From NCBI GenBank assembly GCA_963708075.1, contig OY970194.1:7424001-7488000 (forward strand): a stretch of 64,000 nt of DNA, written 5' to 3'. Origin of the DNA: Sedimentisphaerales bacterium. GTDB taxonomy: Bacteria > Planctomycetota > Phycisphaerae > Sedimentisphaerales > Anaerobacaceae. The translations under genes were made by a program, and so were the position numbers. Positions 50,953-61,243 of the stretch are shown piece after piece. Position 1 is the stretch's first letter. Each line of letters opens with the position of its first letter. Under the pieces are notes generated by a model, which was not told the origin of the DNA, searched no databases, and saw nothing but the letters and a program-made list of their open reading frames with translations.

Positions 50953-53220
50953 TCAATGGTCCCCGGGCTTGTAGATGATGCGTCTGATCTGGTCGTACTT
51001 AGGCCTCCCAGTGGTCGAGACGGACCGGTTGACTCCAAGGAAGAATGTTGTGGTCCGGCTCAGTTGTCCGTCCTCGCTTACCACGAACATGTCCACGCCC
51101 AGCCTGGGATTCAGTATATCAGCCGAGCCCGTCGAGACGAAAACCTCGTGCCTGTCTGAAGCCGCCACATTGTCCGCAAGCGGTATATCCACATGCGAGA
51201 CGACCGTCCACGTCTTCATATCGATCACCGACAGACTACCGTCGGTTGATGCTGCGTTCCCCGCGCTGCCGACGACCACCCATTTGTCCACGAACGCGAC
51301 TTCTCCGGCGAAGTCATTCAGATACACAAACCCGCCGTCCACCGAGGCGAAAGTCGCAGCGTCATATACTCTCAACGCGCCACTGGCGGCATACGTAGAG
51401 ACGAGGATCAGACGACCGTCAGGACTCAAGGCAATATCGCTCAAGAAGTGGCCCCAGATGCCCGTATTCCTGACAGTGGGGGTCACCGTATTGACTTCGA
51501 CGATTTGGTCCTGACAGAGGATGTGCCGTCCATCGGCAGAGATCGCTGGGCCGCCTGCTGTGGCGGCTCCCTCATACTGCCAGATACCCGTGAGAATCGT
51601 GGCCGGGAGCTTTGTTGGAAGCGAGTTCGATTCCACCTCAATAGCCTCGTCTTGGGCGTAGAGACGCTGACCATCCGGCGAAACCACGAAACCGTTGCAT
51701 GGGATCGGGTGGCTGAAGTGCAAGGTGCGCAGGGGGAGATGGTTGCCCGTACTGACGACCGTGTTGTCATCCATGTAGACTTCGGACCCATTCGGTGAGA
51801 TGCCGCGGACACGTTGTCCCGGCAGAATCCCCAAGACGACCCCACCATCGATATCGATGACAATGGTGCCCTCAAGAACGGGGATCGCGCCGTCAACGGT
51901 AGTGACATCCACGTACAAGAGGCGTCGTCCTGCGGTGGGATAGCTCGGGTCATAATGGACGACCTTCTGCCCTTGGCGCAGGATTTCGCCGGTGTCGGCG
52001 GATTGGATCAGCACCTCTATCGCATTGTTCCCTTCATGGAGTGGGATGACGACTGCGAAGTGGCCGGCGTCATCAATACTCGCAGCCCACAGCCTGCTCC
52101 CGTTCACGATGACTTTCGTCTTTGGCCCTGCGAAGCCCGCGGCCAGGAAGTTGACGAGGTTAGTGGTCAGTGAGTCCGGCGGGCCAAAGAAGTCGATGAT
52201 TGGCTCGGATGGCGGACAGGGGCTCCGCCAATCCTCCGTCGTCACACCGTTGAAGACGGACTCCATGCCCGGTTTCAACGCCCCCGCGGAGGTCCACAGG
52301 CCCCAACAGGCTCCCTGTGGGCCCTCACCGGCCGCCTTCCAGGACTCATCGTAGGCCGAGAAGTAGAAGTACTCCACAGCATTAGCCCTCGCCCAGGAAA
52401 CGAAGGTCAGAAAATACTCAGCGGCGTTCTCCGGCGAAGGGATCGCGTCGCCTTGGGGATCCCCGCAACTCGGCCAGCCGGTTTCCGAGACTATCACCTG
52501 CTTTCCGTTTGCCACTGTCTTGAGTTGTTCGTGCCATTGATGAAGGTAAGCGAGGGCGCATCGAAGGCTCTTCTTCTCCCAGTAGGGATAGTAGTTCGCA
52601 AACACCACGTCCACTTCGGCCACTACATCAGGATGAGAAAGGAACTCGCCGTACACATCTCCTGTGGTGACAGGAATGGTCCGACCGGCTGCTCGGAGTC
52701 GACCCTTTACGTCCTGAATGTATGTGATCAGTTGCTCAGGTGTAACATCGTTGCGCAAGAGGGCTTCGCTACCCACGATGGCCATATCCACGCACCCTTG
52801 TTCGGCCAACTGAACCAGGGCGTCGATCTGCTTTCGGTTCTCTGTCTCGTCGCGTCCAAGCCAGGCTCCAATCGCCGTCTTCAATCCAAGGCCCTTCGCC
52901 ATGGCTCCAACAGGTCGAAGATCATCCGTGCAGCCGAAGGTTCTGATCCACTCGGTATAGGGCGAGATGACTTCGAGGCGGTTTCTCATTTCTTCCAGAG
53001 TGATTTGGCCCGGTCTGTTCAGATTGGGGTTTTCTCCGGGCTGCGCATAGGGACTGAAATTCAGGCCGTGGAGCCGATACGGATCGTCGCTCTGCACGCT
53101 AACGCCCGTGCGCGTCTCAAGTTGTTCCCCCACAATGCCGGCAACTGTTGTCATACAATTCGCGCCGAGTAGAGTGACAACTATCGCCACAGACTGCCGT
53201 AGTAGAAGTGCGTGTCTCAT
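50953..53220 (-). CDS. Secreted GH17-like glycoside hydrolase + Ig-like + YncE-like beta-propeller
   Basis: 'GLNFSPY', 'WIRTFG', 'IVGSEALLRND', 'NYYPYWE', 'VSETGWPS', 'YFSAYDESWK..EG..WGL'; repeated 'SPDG' blades. Confidence 0.85.
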   Translation of the reverse strand: MRHALLLRQSVAIVVTLLGANCMTTVAGIVGEQLETRTGVSVQSDDPYRLHGLNFSPYAQPGENPNLNRPGQITLEEMRNRLEVISPYTEWIRTFGCTDDLRPVGAMAKGLGLKTAIGAWLGRDETENRKQIDALVQLAEQGCVDMAIVGSEALLRNDVTPEQLITYIQDVKGRLRAAGRTIPVTTGDVYGEFLSHPDVVAEVDVVFANYYPYWEKKSLRCALAYLHQWHEQLKTVANGKQVIVSETGWPSCGDPQGDAIPSPENAAEYFLTFVSWARANAVEYFYFSAYDESWKAAGEGPQGACWGLWTSAGALKPGMESVFNGVTTEDWRSPCPPSEPIIDFFGPPDSLTTNLVNFLAAGFAGPKTKVIVNGSRLWAASIDDAGHFAVVIPLHEGNNAIEVLIQSADTGEILRQGQKVVHYDPSYPTAGRRLLYVDVTTVDGAIPVLEGTIVIDIDGGVVLGILPGQRVRGISPNGSEVYMDDNTVVSTGNHLPLRTLHFSHPIPCNGFVVSPDGQRLYAQDEAIEVESNSLPTKLPATILTGIWQYEGAATAGGPAISADGRHILCQDQIVEVNTVTPTVRNTGIWGHFLSDIALSPDGRLILVSTYAASGALRVYDAATFASVDGGFVYLNDFAGEVAFVDKWVVVGSAGNAASTDGSLSVIDMKTWTVVSHVDIPLADNVAASDRHEVFVSTGSADILNPRLGVDMFVVSEDGQLSRTTTFFLGVNRSVSTTGRPKYDQIRRIIYKPGDH

Positions 53221-53411
53221 GATCTGGTCCTCCTGAAGACCATTCCGTTCGTTTGGTTTCGGCCACAACCAAGCTTCTGAGAAGCCTTCAACCACAGGTG
53301 CAGATCAAAGATGCAATGCCCAGTATACCACCCTGTGGAATACTGGCAAGGAGAATGCGTGCGAGGCAGGCAAGATGTAGAATGTATGCGTCCCTGTCCG
53401 GCGTCATGCTG

Positions 53412-54390
53412 TCACGGCTGTTGCCTGGATGGCTGGGGAGCAATCTCGATTTCGTAGAGCTTGGGCCAGCATTTGCCGGTAATCAGAAGGTGGTTGGATT
53501 TGGGGAGCCAGGCGATGCCGTTGAGGACGAATTCGGTGGAAGGGCGGTCGGAGAGAGGCCAGAGGTGGGTCAGGTCGAGGCGGCCTGTCACCCGGCCGGT
53601 TCTCGGGGTCGATGACGACGATGGAATCGCTGGACCAGATGTTGGCGAAGATTTGTGGCCCAGCCGCCCTCGGCTGGGAATTCGAATCGACCACCCCCGG
53701 GGGCGGGGGTGCTACATACTCCAATTCATTGAGCAGGGAGACGTCATGATCGTCTTCACGGACGGTGACCCGGCGGGTTTCGGCGAGTGTGTTCGGGTCG
53801 AGGAATCGCAGCGTGGCGGTGCCATCGCTCATGATGAGCTGCTTGCCGTCGTGCGTGAGGCCCCAGCCCTCGCCGGGGTAGCTGAATTCCTTCAGCAGTC
53901 GGAACGTGCTCTTGTCGTAAACGAACCCGGTCTGTGACTGCCAGGTCAGTTGGATGATCTTGTCGCGAAAGACCGTGATGCCCTCGCCGAAGTACTTGCG
54001 GCCGAGCCGCTCGCGCTTGAGGACGTTGCCGCTTTCCAGGTCCCGCTTGACCAGGATGGACTGGCCGTAGAGGCCCGTGCCCTCGTAGAGGACGCCGTCC
54101 TCGTACACGAGACCCTGCGTGAACGCCTGCGGGTCGTGAGGGTAAGTCCGGACCACCTTGTAGCGGTAGTGGGCGACGGTTGCTGGCTGTTGGTTACTGG
54201 TTGCTGGCGGCTGGCCGGCGGTTGTGGGCGGTTGGTTGCTGTCTTGGGAAGCCTTGGAGGGACATCCGCCGGCACAGAGGAGCCACAGCCCGGCGAGGCA
54301 GGCGGAGAGGGCACGCGTGGTTGCACGGGGACTCTTGGGCCTCGTGGGCCCGTACGCACGCAATCGGCCTTTGTCATCGAATCCTGACAT
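53412..54390 (-). CDS. Glutaminyl-peptide cyclotransferase (type I), probable lipoprotein; 1-bp frameshift near 53600
   Basis: '[12 protein letters not shown]', 'YEGTGLYG', 'YFGEGIT', 'EGWGLT', 'LNELE', 'ANIW'; '[18 protein letters not shown]' continues in another frame. Confidence 0.9.
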
Positions 54391-54669
54391 GGTTTGTTTC
54401 AGCTCAAATAATGCCTGCATAAGCCAGCAATCTATTCGGCCATCATACTGCCCTGTCGTGAGGGAAATCAAGAACTGAGGGAGGGGAGGAAAGTGAGAAG
54501 GCAGGAGGGGAGGAACAGGCTTCCGACCTTCTTACCTTCCTCTCTTCCTACCTTCTCGTCTACGGTCATGCGCCGAGCTCTCGCGATCCGAACATTGCAC
54601 TTGACGGGGCCGGGGGGACGGGATAATTTGGCCTCCTGACATAGGACTATCGGAAACAGGAGGTGTGAT

Positions 54670-55338
54670 ATGTGCAGGATGAACGTGTGGTCGATTGGTC
54701 TTTTGTTGTCACTTACGCTTGGGGTTGGCTCCTGTTCACGGGTCTGGGTGCAGTCCGGGGACGCGAGCCTTCTGTCTACCGGCCTTGTCGGCTGGCAGCA
54801 GGTCGAGGGCGAGCGGGGCAGTTGGAAGCTGGAGAACGGCGTGTTATTCACGGAGGGCGGCGATGGCTGGCTGTCCACGGTGCGCCAGTACGACGACTTC
54901 GTTCTGTCCCTGGAGTTTCGCCTTCCGCCGGCAGGCAACAGCGGCATCTTTATTCGGGCGCCGCACGAGGGCGACCCGGCGTACCAGGGGCTGGAAATTC
55001 AGATTCTCGACGATTCGGCGGAGCAATGGAGCGGCTTGCGGCCGGACCAGTATACAGGGAGCATCTACGGAATTCAGGCCCCCTCCGAGCGGGCCGGGGG
55101 CAAGGCCGGCCAGTGGCAAAAGATGGTCATCGGGTGCAGCGGCTCGCGAGTGAAGGTGGTCGTCAACGGCAGGACGGTAGTCGATACGGACATGAGTTTC
55201 TATCCGTACAAGTTCGAGACGCATCCCGGCCTGACGCGGCGCAGCGGGTATATCGGCCTGCAGAGCCACGGCACCAAGATCGAGTTTCGCAATATCCGGC
55301 TGCGGCCGTTGCCGCGGGAGATGCCAAGGGAGCTATAG
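54670..55338 (+). CDS. DUF1080 (3-keto-glycoside lyase/hydrolase family) protein
   Basis: 'YDDFVLSLEF', 'GNSGIF', 'EIQILD', 'GYIGLQSHG..IEFRNIR'. Confidence 0.9.
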   Translation: MCRMNVWSIGLLLSLTLGVGSCSRVWVQSGDASLLSTGLVGWQQVEGERGSWKLENGVLFTEGGDGWLSTVRQYDDFVLSLEFRLPPAGNSGIFIRAPHEGDPAYQGLEIQILDDSAEQWSGLRPDQYTGSIYGIQAPSERAGGKAGQWQKMVIGCSGSRVKVVVNGRTVVDTDMSFYPYKFETHPGLTRRSGYIGLQSHGTKIEFRNIRLRPLPREMPREL

Positions 55339-55443
55339 GCATCATGGGACCAATAGGACCTATGATGCGATATCGTGGTTTACGGGCGGCATTCGTAAAT
55401 CGTAAATGGTAAATCGCAAATCGTAAATCATGCGGGAGCAACT

Positions 55444-56703
55444 ATGAGCAACAGCAGATTCTCACGTCGTGACTTCATCAAGACTTCGGCGGTGTCGCTG
55501 GCGGCGCTCGGCGCGACGGGCCGGGTGTTTGCGGCCGGGTCCGATACGGTTCGCGTCGGCATCATTGGCTGCGGCGGTCAGGGCACCCGCGACCTGGTCA
55601 GCCTCGTGAAAAGCTCGCCGGGCGTGGAGATTGTGGCCATGGGCGACCTGTTCAAGGACCGGCTCCAAGAGTCGCTCACCAAGCTCAAGAACGATATCCC
55701 CGCCGCCGTGAAGGTCACGCCGGAGAAATGCTTCATCGGCTTTGATGCGCACAAGAAGCTGCTGCAGACGGATGTGCAGATGGTGCTCCTGACGACCCCG
55801 CCGCACTGGCGTGCCCAGCATTTCCAGGCCGCCGTCGAGGCGGGCAAGCACGTGTTCATGGAGAAGCCCGCCGGTGTGGACCCCAAGGCCATTCGCTCGA
55901 TGATCGAGACTGGGGAACTTGCCAGGCAGAAGAAGCTCTCCGTCGTGGCCGGCACGCAGCGGCGGCATAGCAAAAAGTACCAGGAGATCATCCGGCGGAT
56001 TCACGACGGCCAAATCGGCCAGATCGTCTCCGGCCAGGGCTACTGGAACGGCGGCGATATGCTCGGATACTGGAAATGGTGGGACAAGGAGAAGCTCTCC
56101 GATATGGAGTGGCAGTGCCGGAGCTGGCCGTGGTTCACCTGGACCAGCGGCGACCACATCGTCGAGCAGCATGTGCACAACCTTGACGTCCTGAACTGGG
56201 CCTTGCAGGGACATCCCGACCAGTGCATGGGCATGGGCGGCCGGGCCGTCCGCACCCTGGGCAATATCTGGGACCATTTTGCCATCGAGTACGAGTACGC
56301 CAATGGCGTGCGGGTCGAGAGCCTGTGCCGCCAGATCAACGGGTGCACCGACCGGATCGCCGAGCGAGTGGTGGGGACCAAGGGCTTCGCCGACATCGAC
56401 CAGGGCGTCATCAACGGCGAGAAGCCTTACAAGTATGACGGCCCCGATCCGGATCACTACGTGCAGGAGATGGCCGACCTGATCAAGAGCATTCGCGACG
56501 GCGCGCCGATCAATGAGGCGAAGAACGTGGCCGAGAGCACGATGAACGCGATCATGGGCCGCATGAGCGCCTACACCGGCCGGGCCTTGAAATGGGACTG
56601 GGCGATGAAGGCCTCGAAGCTGGACCTGACGCCGCCCAAGTACGAGTTCGTCGATATGCCGACGGACCCTGTGGCCATCCCCGGTAAGACGCAACTCATC
56701 TGA
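55444..56703 (+). CDS. Tat-exported Gfo/Idh/MocA oxidoreductase
   Basis: 'SRRDFIK', 'GIIGCGGQG', 'GKHVFMEKP', 'EQHVHNLD'. Confidence 0.93.
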   Translation: MSNSRFSRRDFIKTSAVSLAALGATGRVFAAGSDTVRVGIIGCGGQGTRDLVSLVKSSPGVEIVAMGDLFKDRLQESLTKLKNDIPAAVKVTPEKCFIGFDAHKKLLQTDVQMVLLTTPPHWRAQHFQAAVEAGKHVFMEKPAGVDPKAIRSMIETGELARQKKLSVVAGTQRRHSKKYQEIIRRIHDGQIGQIVSGQGYWNGGDMLGYWKWWDKEKLSDMEWQCRSWPWFTWTSGDHIVEQHVHNLDVLNWALQGHPDQCMGMGGRAVRTLGNIWDHFAIEYEYANGVRVESLCRQINGCTDRIAERVVGTKGFADIDQGVINGEKPYKYDGPDPDHYVQEMADLIKSIRDGAPINEAKNVAESTMNAIMGRMSAYTGRALKWDWAMKASKLDLTPPKYEFVDMPTDPVAIPGKTQLI

Positions 56704-56734
56704 GATGAAGAATGATGGATGATTGATTATGGCT

Positions 56735-56828
56735 GGGTGGCAGCGGCAAGCGCAGCTTGCCGATGGCTCGCGGGAGACGTGTCACCACCATCGGCAAGCT
56801 CCGAAGACTCCGCTTGCCGCTGCCACCC
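56735..56828. repeat. Palindromic family A element
   Basis: GGGTGGCAGCGGCAAGCG...CGCTTGCCGCTGCCACCC. Confidence 0.9.
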
Positions 56829-56872
56829 GACGAAGTGATAGTATTCATTAACCTCCCGATTGAGGTGCTGCG

Positions 56873-58162
56873 ATGAACGATCAGAACAGGCATGCGGGGC
56901 TTTCAAGGCGGGAGTTTGTGGCGGGGGCGGCCGCGGTAACGGCGGCGTCGGTCCTGGGCTCGCGGGCGCACGCGGCGGGCAGCGACAAGATTCGCGTGGG
57001 ATTGATCGGCTGCGGCGGACGCGGGACGTTCGACGCGGGTAATTGCCTCAAGGCGGCCGAGGGGGTCGAGCTCGTCGCGATGGGCGACATGTTCAAGGAT
57101 CGTCTGGACAACTGTCGTCAAAGGCTCACGAAGGACCTGCCGGACAAGGTGAAAGTCACCGACGATATGTGTTTCGTTGGATGGGACGCCCACCAGAAAG
57201 TGCTGGCGACCGATGTGAACCTTGTGATCCTGACGCAGCCGCCGCACTTCCGGCCGTCGCACCTGAAAGCCGCGGTCGAGGCGGGCAAGCATGTGTTCAT
57301 GGAAAAGCCCGTGGCCGTGGACCCGGTCGGCGTTCGCTCCGTGATCCAGTCGTCGGAGCTGGCTGAGCGGAAGGGCCTGACGATCCTGGCCGGCACGCAG
57401 ATGCGGAGGATCTCGCACCTCGTGGAGACGGCTATGAGGATTCACGGTGGCGCGATCGGCGAGATTCTTGGCGGCCAGTGCGTCCGGCTTGGCGACGCCA
57501 TGCGAAGCTGGGGCCCGCAACAGCGTCAGGCCGGCTGGTCGGACATGGAATGGCAACTGCGCCGCTGGCTGTTTATGACCTGGCTCAGCGGTGACTTCAT
57601 CGTCGAGATGCACGTGCACAACCTGGACGTGATGAATTGGCTGATCGGGGCCCACCCGGTGCAATGCATGGGCATGGGCGGCCGGCAGCAGCGAACCGAG
57701 CCCGAGTTCGGGGATTCGTTCGACCACTTCGCGGTGGAGTACGAATATCCGAATGGCCTGCGCGTCGAGTACATGGGCACACAGATGGATAAGGTTGGCG
57801 AAGGTCGCTCCGATCAGCGGCTGGTCGGCACGAAGGGTTCGATGTATACGGATTCCGGGCGGGTCGTAATCCAAGGGCAGAATCCCTCTGAGATCGCCTG
57901 GGACAAGCAGGATCCATGCTTGAAACAACACGCAGATCAAATTGACGCGATTCGTCGGGACAAGCGGTTAAACGAGGGCCGGCGGATCGCGGAAAGCACC
58001 CTGACCTCGATCATGGGTCGGATGAGCGCATATACGGGCCGGGCTTTGAAGTGGGACTGGGCTATGAACGCATCGAAACTGGACCTGACGCCTCCGTTGC
58101 ACCAGTTCGGCGACCTGCCCATGCCCCCGGCGGCCATCCCCGGCAAGACGCAGTTGATTTGA
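56873..58162 (+). CDS. Tat-exported Gfo/Idh/MocA oxidoreductase, tandem paralog
   Basis: 'SRREFV', 'GLIGCGGRG', 'GKHVFMEKP'; same C-terminus AIPGKTQLI. Confidence 0.93.
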   Translation: MNDQNRHAGLSRREFVAGAAAVTAASVLGSRAHAAGSDKIRVGLIGCGGRGTFDAGNCLKAAEGVELVAMGDMFKDRLDNCRQRLTKDLPDKVKVTDDMCFVGWDAHQKVLATDVNLVILTQPPHFRPSHLKAAVEAGKHVFMEKPVAVDPVGVRSVIQSSELAERKGLTILAGTQMRRISHLVETAMRIHGGAIGEILGGQCVRLGDAMRSWGPQQRQAGWSDMEWQLRRWLFMTWLSGDFIVEMHVHNLDVMNWLIGAHPVQCMGMGGRQQRTEPEFGDSFDHFAVEYEYPNGLRVEYMGTQMDKVGEGRSDQRLVGTKGSMYTDSGRVVIQGQNPSEIAWDKQDPCLKQHADQIDAIRRDKRLNEGRRIAESTLTSIMGRMSAYTGRALKWDWAMNASKLDLTPPLHQFGDLPMPPAAIPGKTQLI

Positions 58163-58198
58163 GATTGATGATGGGCGATTGTTGATTGATGATTGTTC

Positions 58199-58287
58199 GG
58201 GTGGCAGCGTCAAGGCCGCAGGCCTTGGCGATGGCTGCATCGCATCCCAAGAAGACCATCGCCAAGCTACGCTTGACGCTGCCACCC
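58199..58287. repeat. Palindromic family A element
   Basis: Near-identical to 31410-31500. Confidence 0.9.
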
Positions 58288-58368
58288 ATCACCTTCACAC
58301 ATCAAGACAAGATGCGCATGAGCATGGATGAGACACCCGGCTAAATCCATGCAAGAAAAGGGGGACCT

Positions 58369-59043
58369 ATGAGACACCTGCTGATTGCTTCTGTGGCCAC
58401 ACTGTTCACTGCTTCGCTGCTGATTGTGCCGGTCATGGCTGGGGACTCTGCCGGACCGATTGTACCGCGAGAGAAGACCATCCTGTGGAACGGCAAGGAT
58501 TTCGCGGGCTGGCAACGGTTTCTGCCGGACCCGTCGAAGGACGTGGACAAGACCTGGTCTATCGAGAATGGGCTGCTGCGCTGCACAGGCGCTCCGGCCG
58601 GCTACATGCGGACCGAGAAATCGTATGCGGATTACCACCTGCACGTTGAATGGCGCTGGCCCGCCAAGCCCGGCAACAACGGTGTCCTCGTGCACATGAG
58701 CGGCGAAGACAAGGTTTGGCCGAGGAGCCTCGAGTGCCAGTTGGCGTCGGGCAATGCGGGCGACTTCTGGGTGATCGACGGCCTCGAATTCGCCGAGCAT
58801 GCCAAAGGCGGCAGCCGGGTCAAGGAACGCCGGACCATCAAGCTCCAGGAGAGCAGCGAGAAGCCGCCTGGCGAATGGAACCAGTACGATATCCTCTGCA
58901 AGGATGACTGGGTCGTCGTGCTCGTCAATGGCGTGCTGCAGAACGTGGCGACGAAATGCTCGGACAAGTCCGGCAAGATCTGCCTCCAGAGCGAGGGCGC
59001 CCCGATCGAATACCGCAACATCTGGATCGAGCCGCTGGAGTAG
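58369..59043 (+). CDS. DUF1080 family protein, secreted
   Basis: 'LWNGKDFAGW', 'YADYHLHVEWRW', 'EKPPGEWN', 'ICLQSEGAPIEYRNI'. Confidence 0.9.
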   Translation: MRHLLIASVATLFTASLLIVPVMAGDSAGPIVPREKTILWNGKDFAGWQRFLPDPSKDVDKTWSIENGLLRCTGAPAGYMRTEKSYADYHLHVEWRWPAKPGNNGVLVHMSGEDKVWPRSLECQLASGNAGDFWVIDGLEFAEHAKGGSRVKERRTIKLQESSEKPPGEWNQYDILCKDDWVVVLVNGVLQNVATKCSDKSGKICLQSEGAPIEYRNIWIEPLE

Positions 59044-59111
59044 TATTCTCTCCCGGATTCGTCGCACGCGGTCAATCGCGAGGCGTAAGAGCGTAAGAGA
59101 AATCCGTGGGG

Positions 59112-59135
59112 GCGGGCCTCGGCGCCCGCTTTTTT
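59112..59135 (+). terminator. Intrinsic terminator
   Basis: GCGGGC-6nt-GCCCGC-T6. Confidence 0.7.
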
Positions 59136-59139
59136 ATTG

Positions 59140-59823
59140 ATGAACGCCGTGCGGAGTGAAGTAGTGAAGCCTTCTGCGAGAATCCGCCGTTATCAGCCTG
59201 CCGACCGTCCGGCGGTCCGACAGATCGCCTGTGATACCGCCGACGCGGGCAAGCCGGTGGAGGGGTTCTTTCGCGACCGCGAGACTGTCGCCGACGTGGT
59301 TACTCGCTACTACACCGACTATGAGCCGGGGTCACTCTGGGTGGCCGAATGCGACGGTCAGATCGTCGGCTACCTGACCGGCTGCCTGGACACGCGAAAG
59401 CAGGAGCGAGTGACGAGAAAGCAGATTCTGCCGAAAGCGATCGTCGGCGCGATTGCCCGTGGGGTCTTGTGGCACACCGATGCATGGCATTTGCTGGCGG
59501 CATTTGCCGGAACGGTGATCCTCGGCGGCTTCCCGCATCCCATCGATCTGATTGCGTACCCGGCCCATCTTCACATCAATATCCGCGAGGGTTTTCGCGG
59601 CGGGGGGCTCGGGCCGCAGCTTGTGGAAGCCTTCCGGCAGCAGGCCAGCCGCGCCGGGGTCCGGGGCATTCATGTCGTTACGCGAGGCGACAATGCCGGC
59701 GGCCGGGGGTTCTTCGAGAAGATGGGGTTCAAGCTCTTGTGCGAGAAGCCGCTGATCATGCCGGCAGGGGCGCGGTTCAGGAGGATATCGACGGCCGTAT
59801 ACGGGTGGAGCCGGGAGAAATGA
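59140..59823 (+). CDS. GNAT family N-acetyltransferase
   Basis: 'IRRYQPADR', 'IVGYL', 'YPAHLHINI..FRGGGLG', 'FFEKMGF'. Confidence 0.88.
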   Translation: MNAVRSEVVKPSARIRRYQPADRPAVRQIACDTADAGKPVEGFFRDRETVADVVTRYYTDYEPGSLWVAECDGQIVGYLTGCLDTRKQERVTRKQILPKAIVGAIARGVLWHTDAWHLLAAFAGTVILGGFPHPIDLIAYPAHLHINIREGFRGGGLGPQLVEAFRQQASRAGVRGIHVVTRGDNAGGRGFFEKMGFKLLCEKPLIMPAGARFRRISTAVYGWSREK

Positions 59824-59824
59824 T

Positions 59825-61243
59825 ATGCGATACGGGAGTCTCGTTGGCGTGATCGTCGTGGCAGCGGTCGTGGCTGTACCGATCCTGTGGCTTGGCGGTC
59901 CCAAGAGGATCATGCAGACGAGCGAACTGCCCAAAGCCCGCGTGGCGTTGAACTCGCAGGACCGCGTGCTGGTCCTGGCGCCACACCCGGACGATGAAGT
60001 CCTGGGTTGCGGCGGGGTCATCCAGCAGGCGGTCGCCCTGGGCCTGCCCGTCCAGATCGCGTTCCTCACGTATGGGGACTTCTACGAGCACTCGTTCATC
60101 GTGTACAAGAAGCGGCCGGTCCTGACCGCCCGAGGCGTGCAGGGCATGGGGGAGATCCGCCACGATGAGGCGGTGGCCGCCGACTCCGTGCTGGGCGTTC
60201 CCAGGGACAATCTCCGCTTCTTCGGCTATCCGGACTTCGGAACCCTGCCAATGTTCGACACCGCCTGGGGCGACGCTCCGTCGGTCCGGGGCATCCTCTC
60301 GAGGGCCACGGCCGTCCCGTACGCCAACGCGGTCCGTCCCGGCGCGCCGTACAAAGGAGAGGAGGTCCTCAAGGACCTCACGGCGCTGCTGCGGGAATTC
60401 CGGCCGACCCAGGTCTTCATCTCGCATCCGGCGGACCATCACCCCGACCACAGGGCCATGTACGCATTCACCCGCGTATGCCTGTTCGATCTCGAGAAGG
60501 AGATGTCGCCGCAGGTGCACCCGTACCTTGTACACTACGCGAGCTGGCCGATTCCCCATGGCTATCATCCGGATAAGCCTCTGGCGCCGCCGGGATGGCT
60601 CTGCAAGGAAATCCCGTGGCGGATCGATCCGCTGGATCCGCCGATGGTCGGCGTGAAACTGGACGCGCTCAAAAAGCACCGAACGCAGTACGAGACCACG
60701 CCGGGGTTTCTCAGTGCGTTTGTCAGGTCCGACGAGCTCTTCGGCGATTTTCCCGATATCCTGCTTGATGTCAACGCTCCCTCTCACTCCACGTCGGAAA
60801 ACACGCTTGGCAAGGCCGCGGAGGTCGGGGTCGTAGAAGAGGAACCCGCGTATCTCGTCGGAATCGTCAAGCGAACGGTGAAGATCGAGAACGATGCCCT
60901 GGTGCTGTCGCTGGACTTGACGCACTCTCTGGCCAGGGAGGTCGGGTCGTCCGCGTATCTCTTCGGCTATCGCAGCGACCGGCCCTTTCCGGAGATGCCC
61001 AAGCTCCACATCAAACTGGGCGCAATCAGCCATGAGCTGTACGATGGGCGCCGGCGGATTCCCTGGGACCGAATCGCCGTCGCGCGCGCGGGGCGGCACA
61101 TCGATATCCGCGTGCCGCTGGACATGATGGGCAGCCCGCAGAGAATCCTGACCAGCGCCAAGACCTACGCGGGAGACATCCCCCTCGATTGGGCGGCATG
61201 GCGAATCCTGGACGTGCGCAACGTGCCGGCCGCAAAGCCATGA
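59825..61243 (+). CDS. PIG-L/LmbE family deacetylase, membrane-anchored or exported
   Basis: 'VLAPHPDDEVLGCGG', 'FLTYGD', 'FFGYPD', 'DHHPDH', 'HRTQ'. Confidence 0.9.
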   Translation: MRYGSLVGVIVVAAVVAVPILWLGGPKRIMQTSELPKARVALNSQDRVLVLAPHPDDEVLGCGGVIQQAVALGLPVQIAFLTYGDFYEHSFIVYKKRPVLTARGVQGMGEIRHDEAVAADSVLGVPRDNLRFFGYPDFGTLPMFDTAWGDAPSVRGILSRATAVPYANAVRPGAPYKGEEVLKDLTALLREFRPTQVFISHPADHHPDHRAMYAFTRVCLFDLEKEMSPQVHPYLVHYASWPIPHGYHPDKPLAPPGWLCKEIPWRIDPLDPPMVGVKLDALKKHRTQYETTPGFLSAFVRSDELFGDFPDILLDVNAPSHSTSENTLGKAAEVGVVEEEPAYLVGIVKRTVKIENDALVLSLDLTHSLAREVGSSAYLFGYRSDRPFPEMPKLHIKLGAISHELYDGRRRIPWDRIAVARAGRHIDIRVPLDMMGSPQRILTSAKTYAGDIPLDWAAWRILDVRNVPAAKP

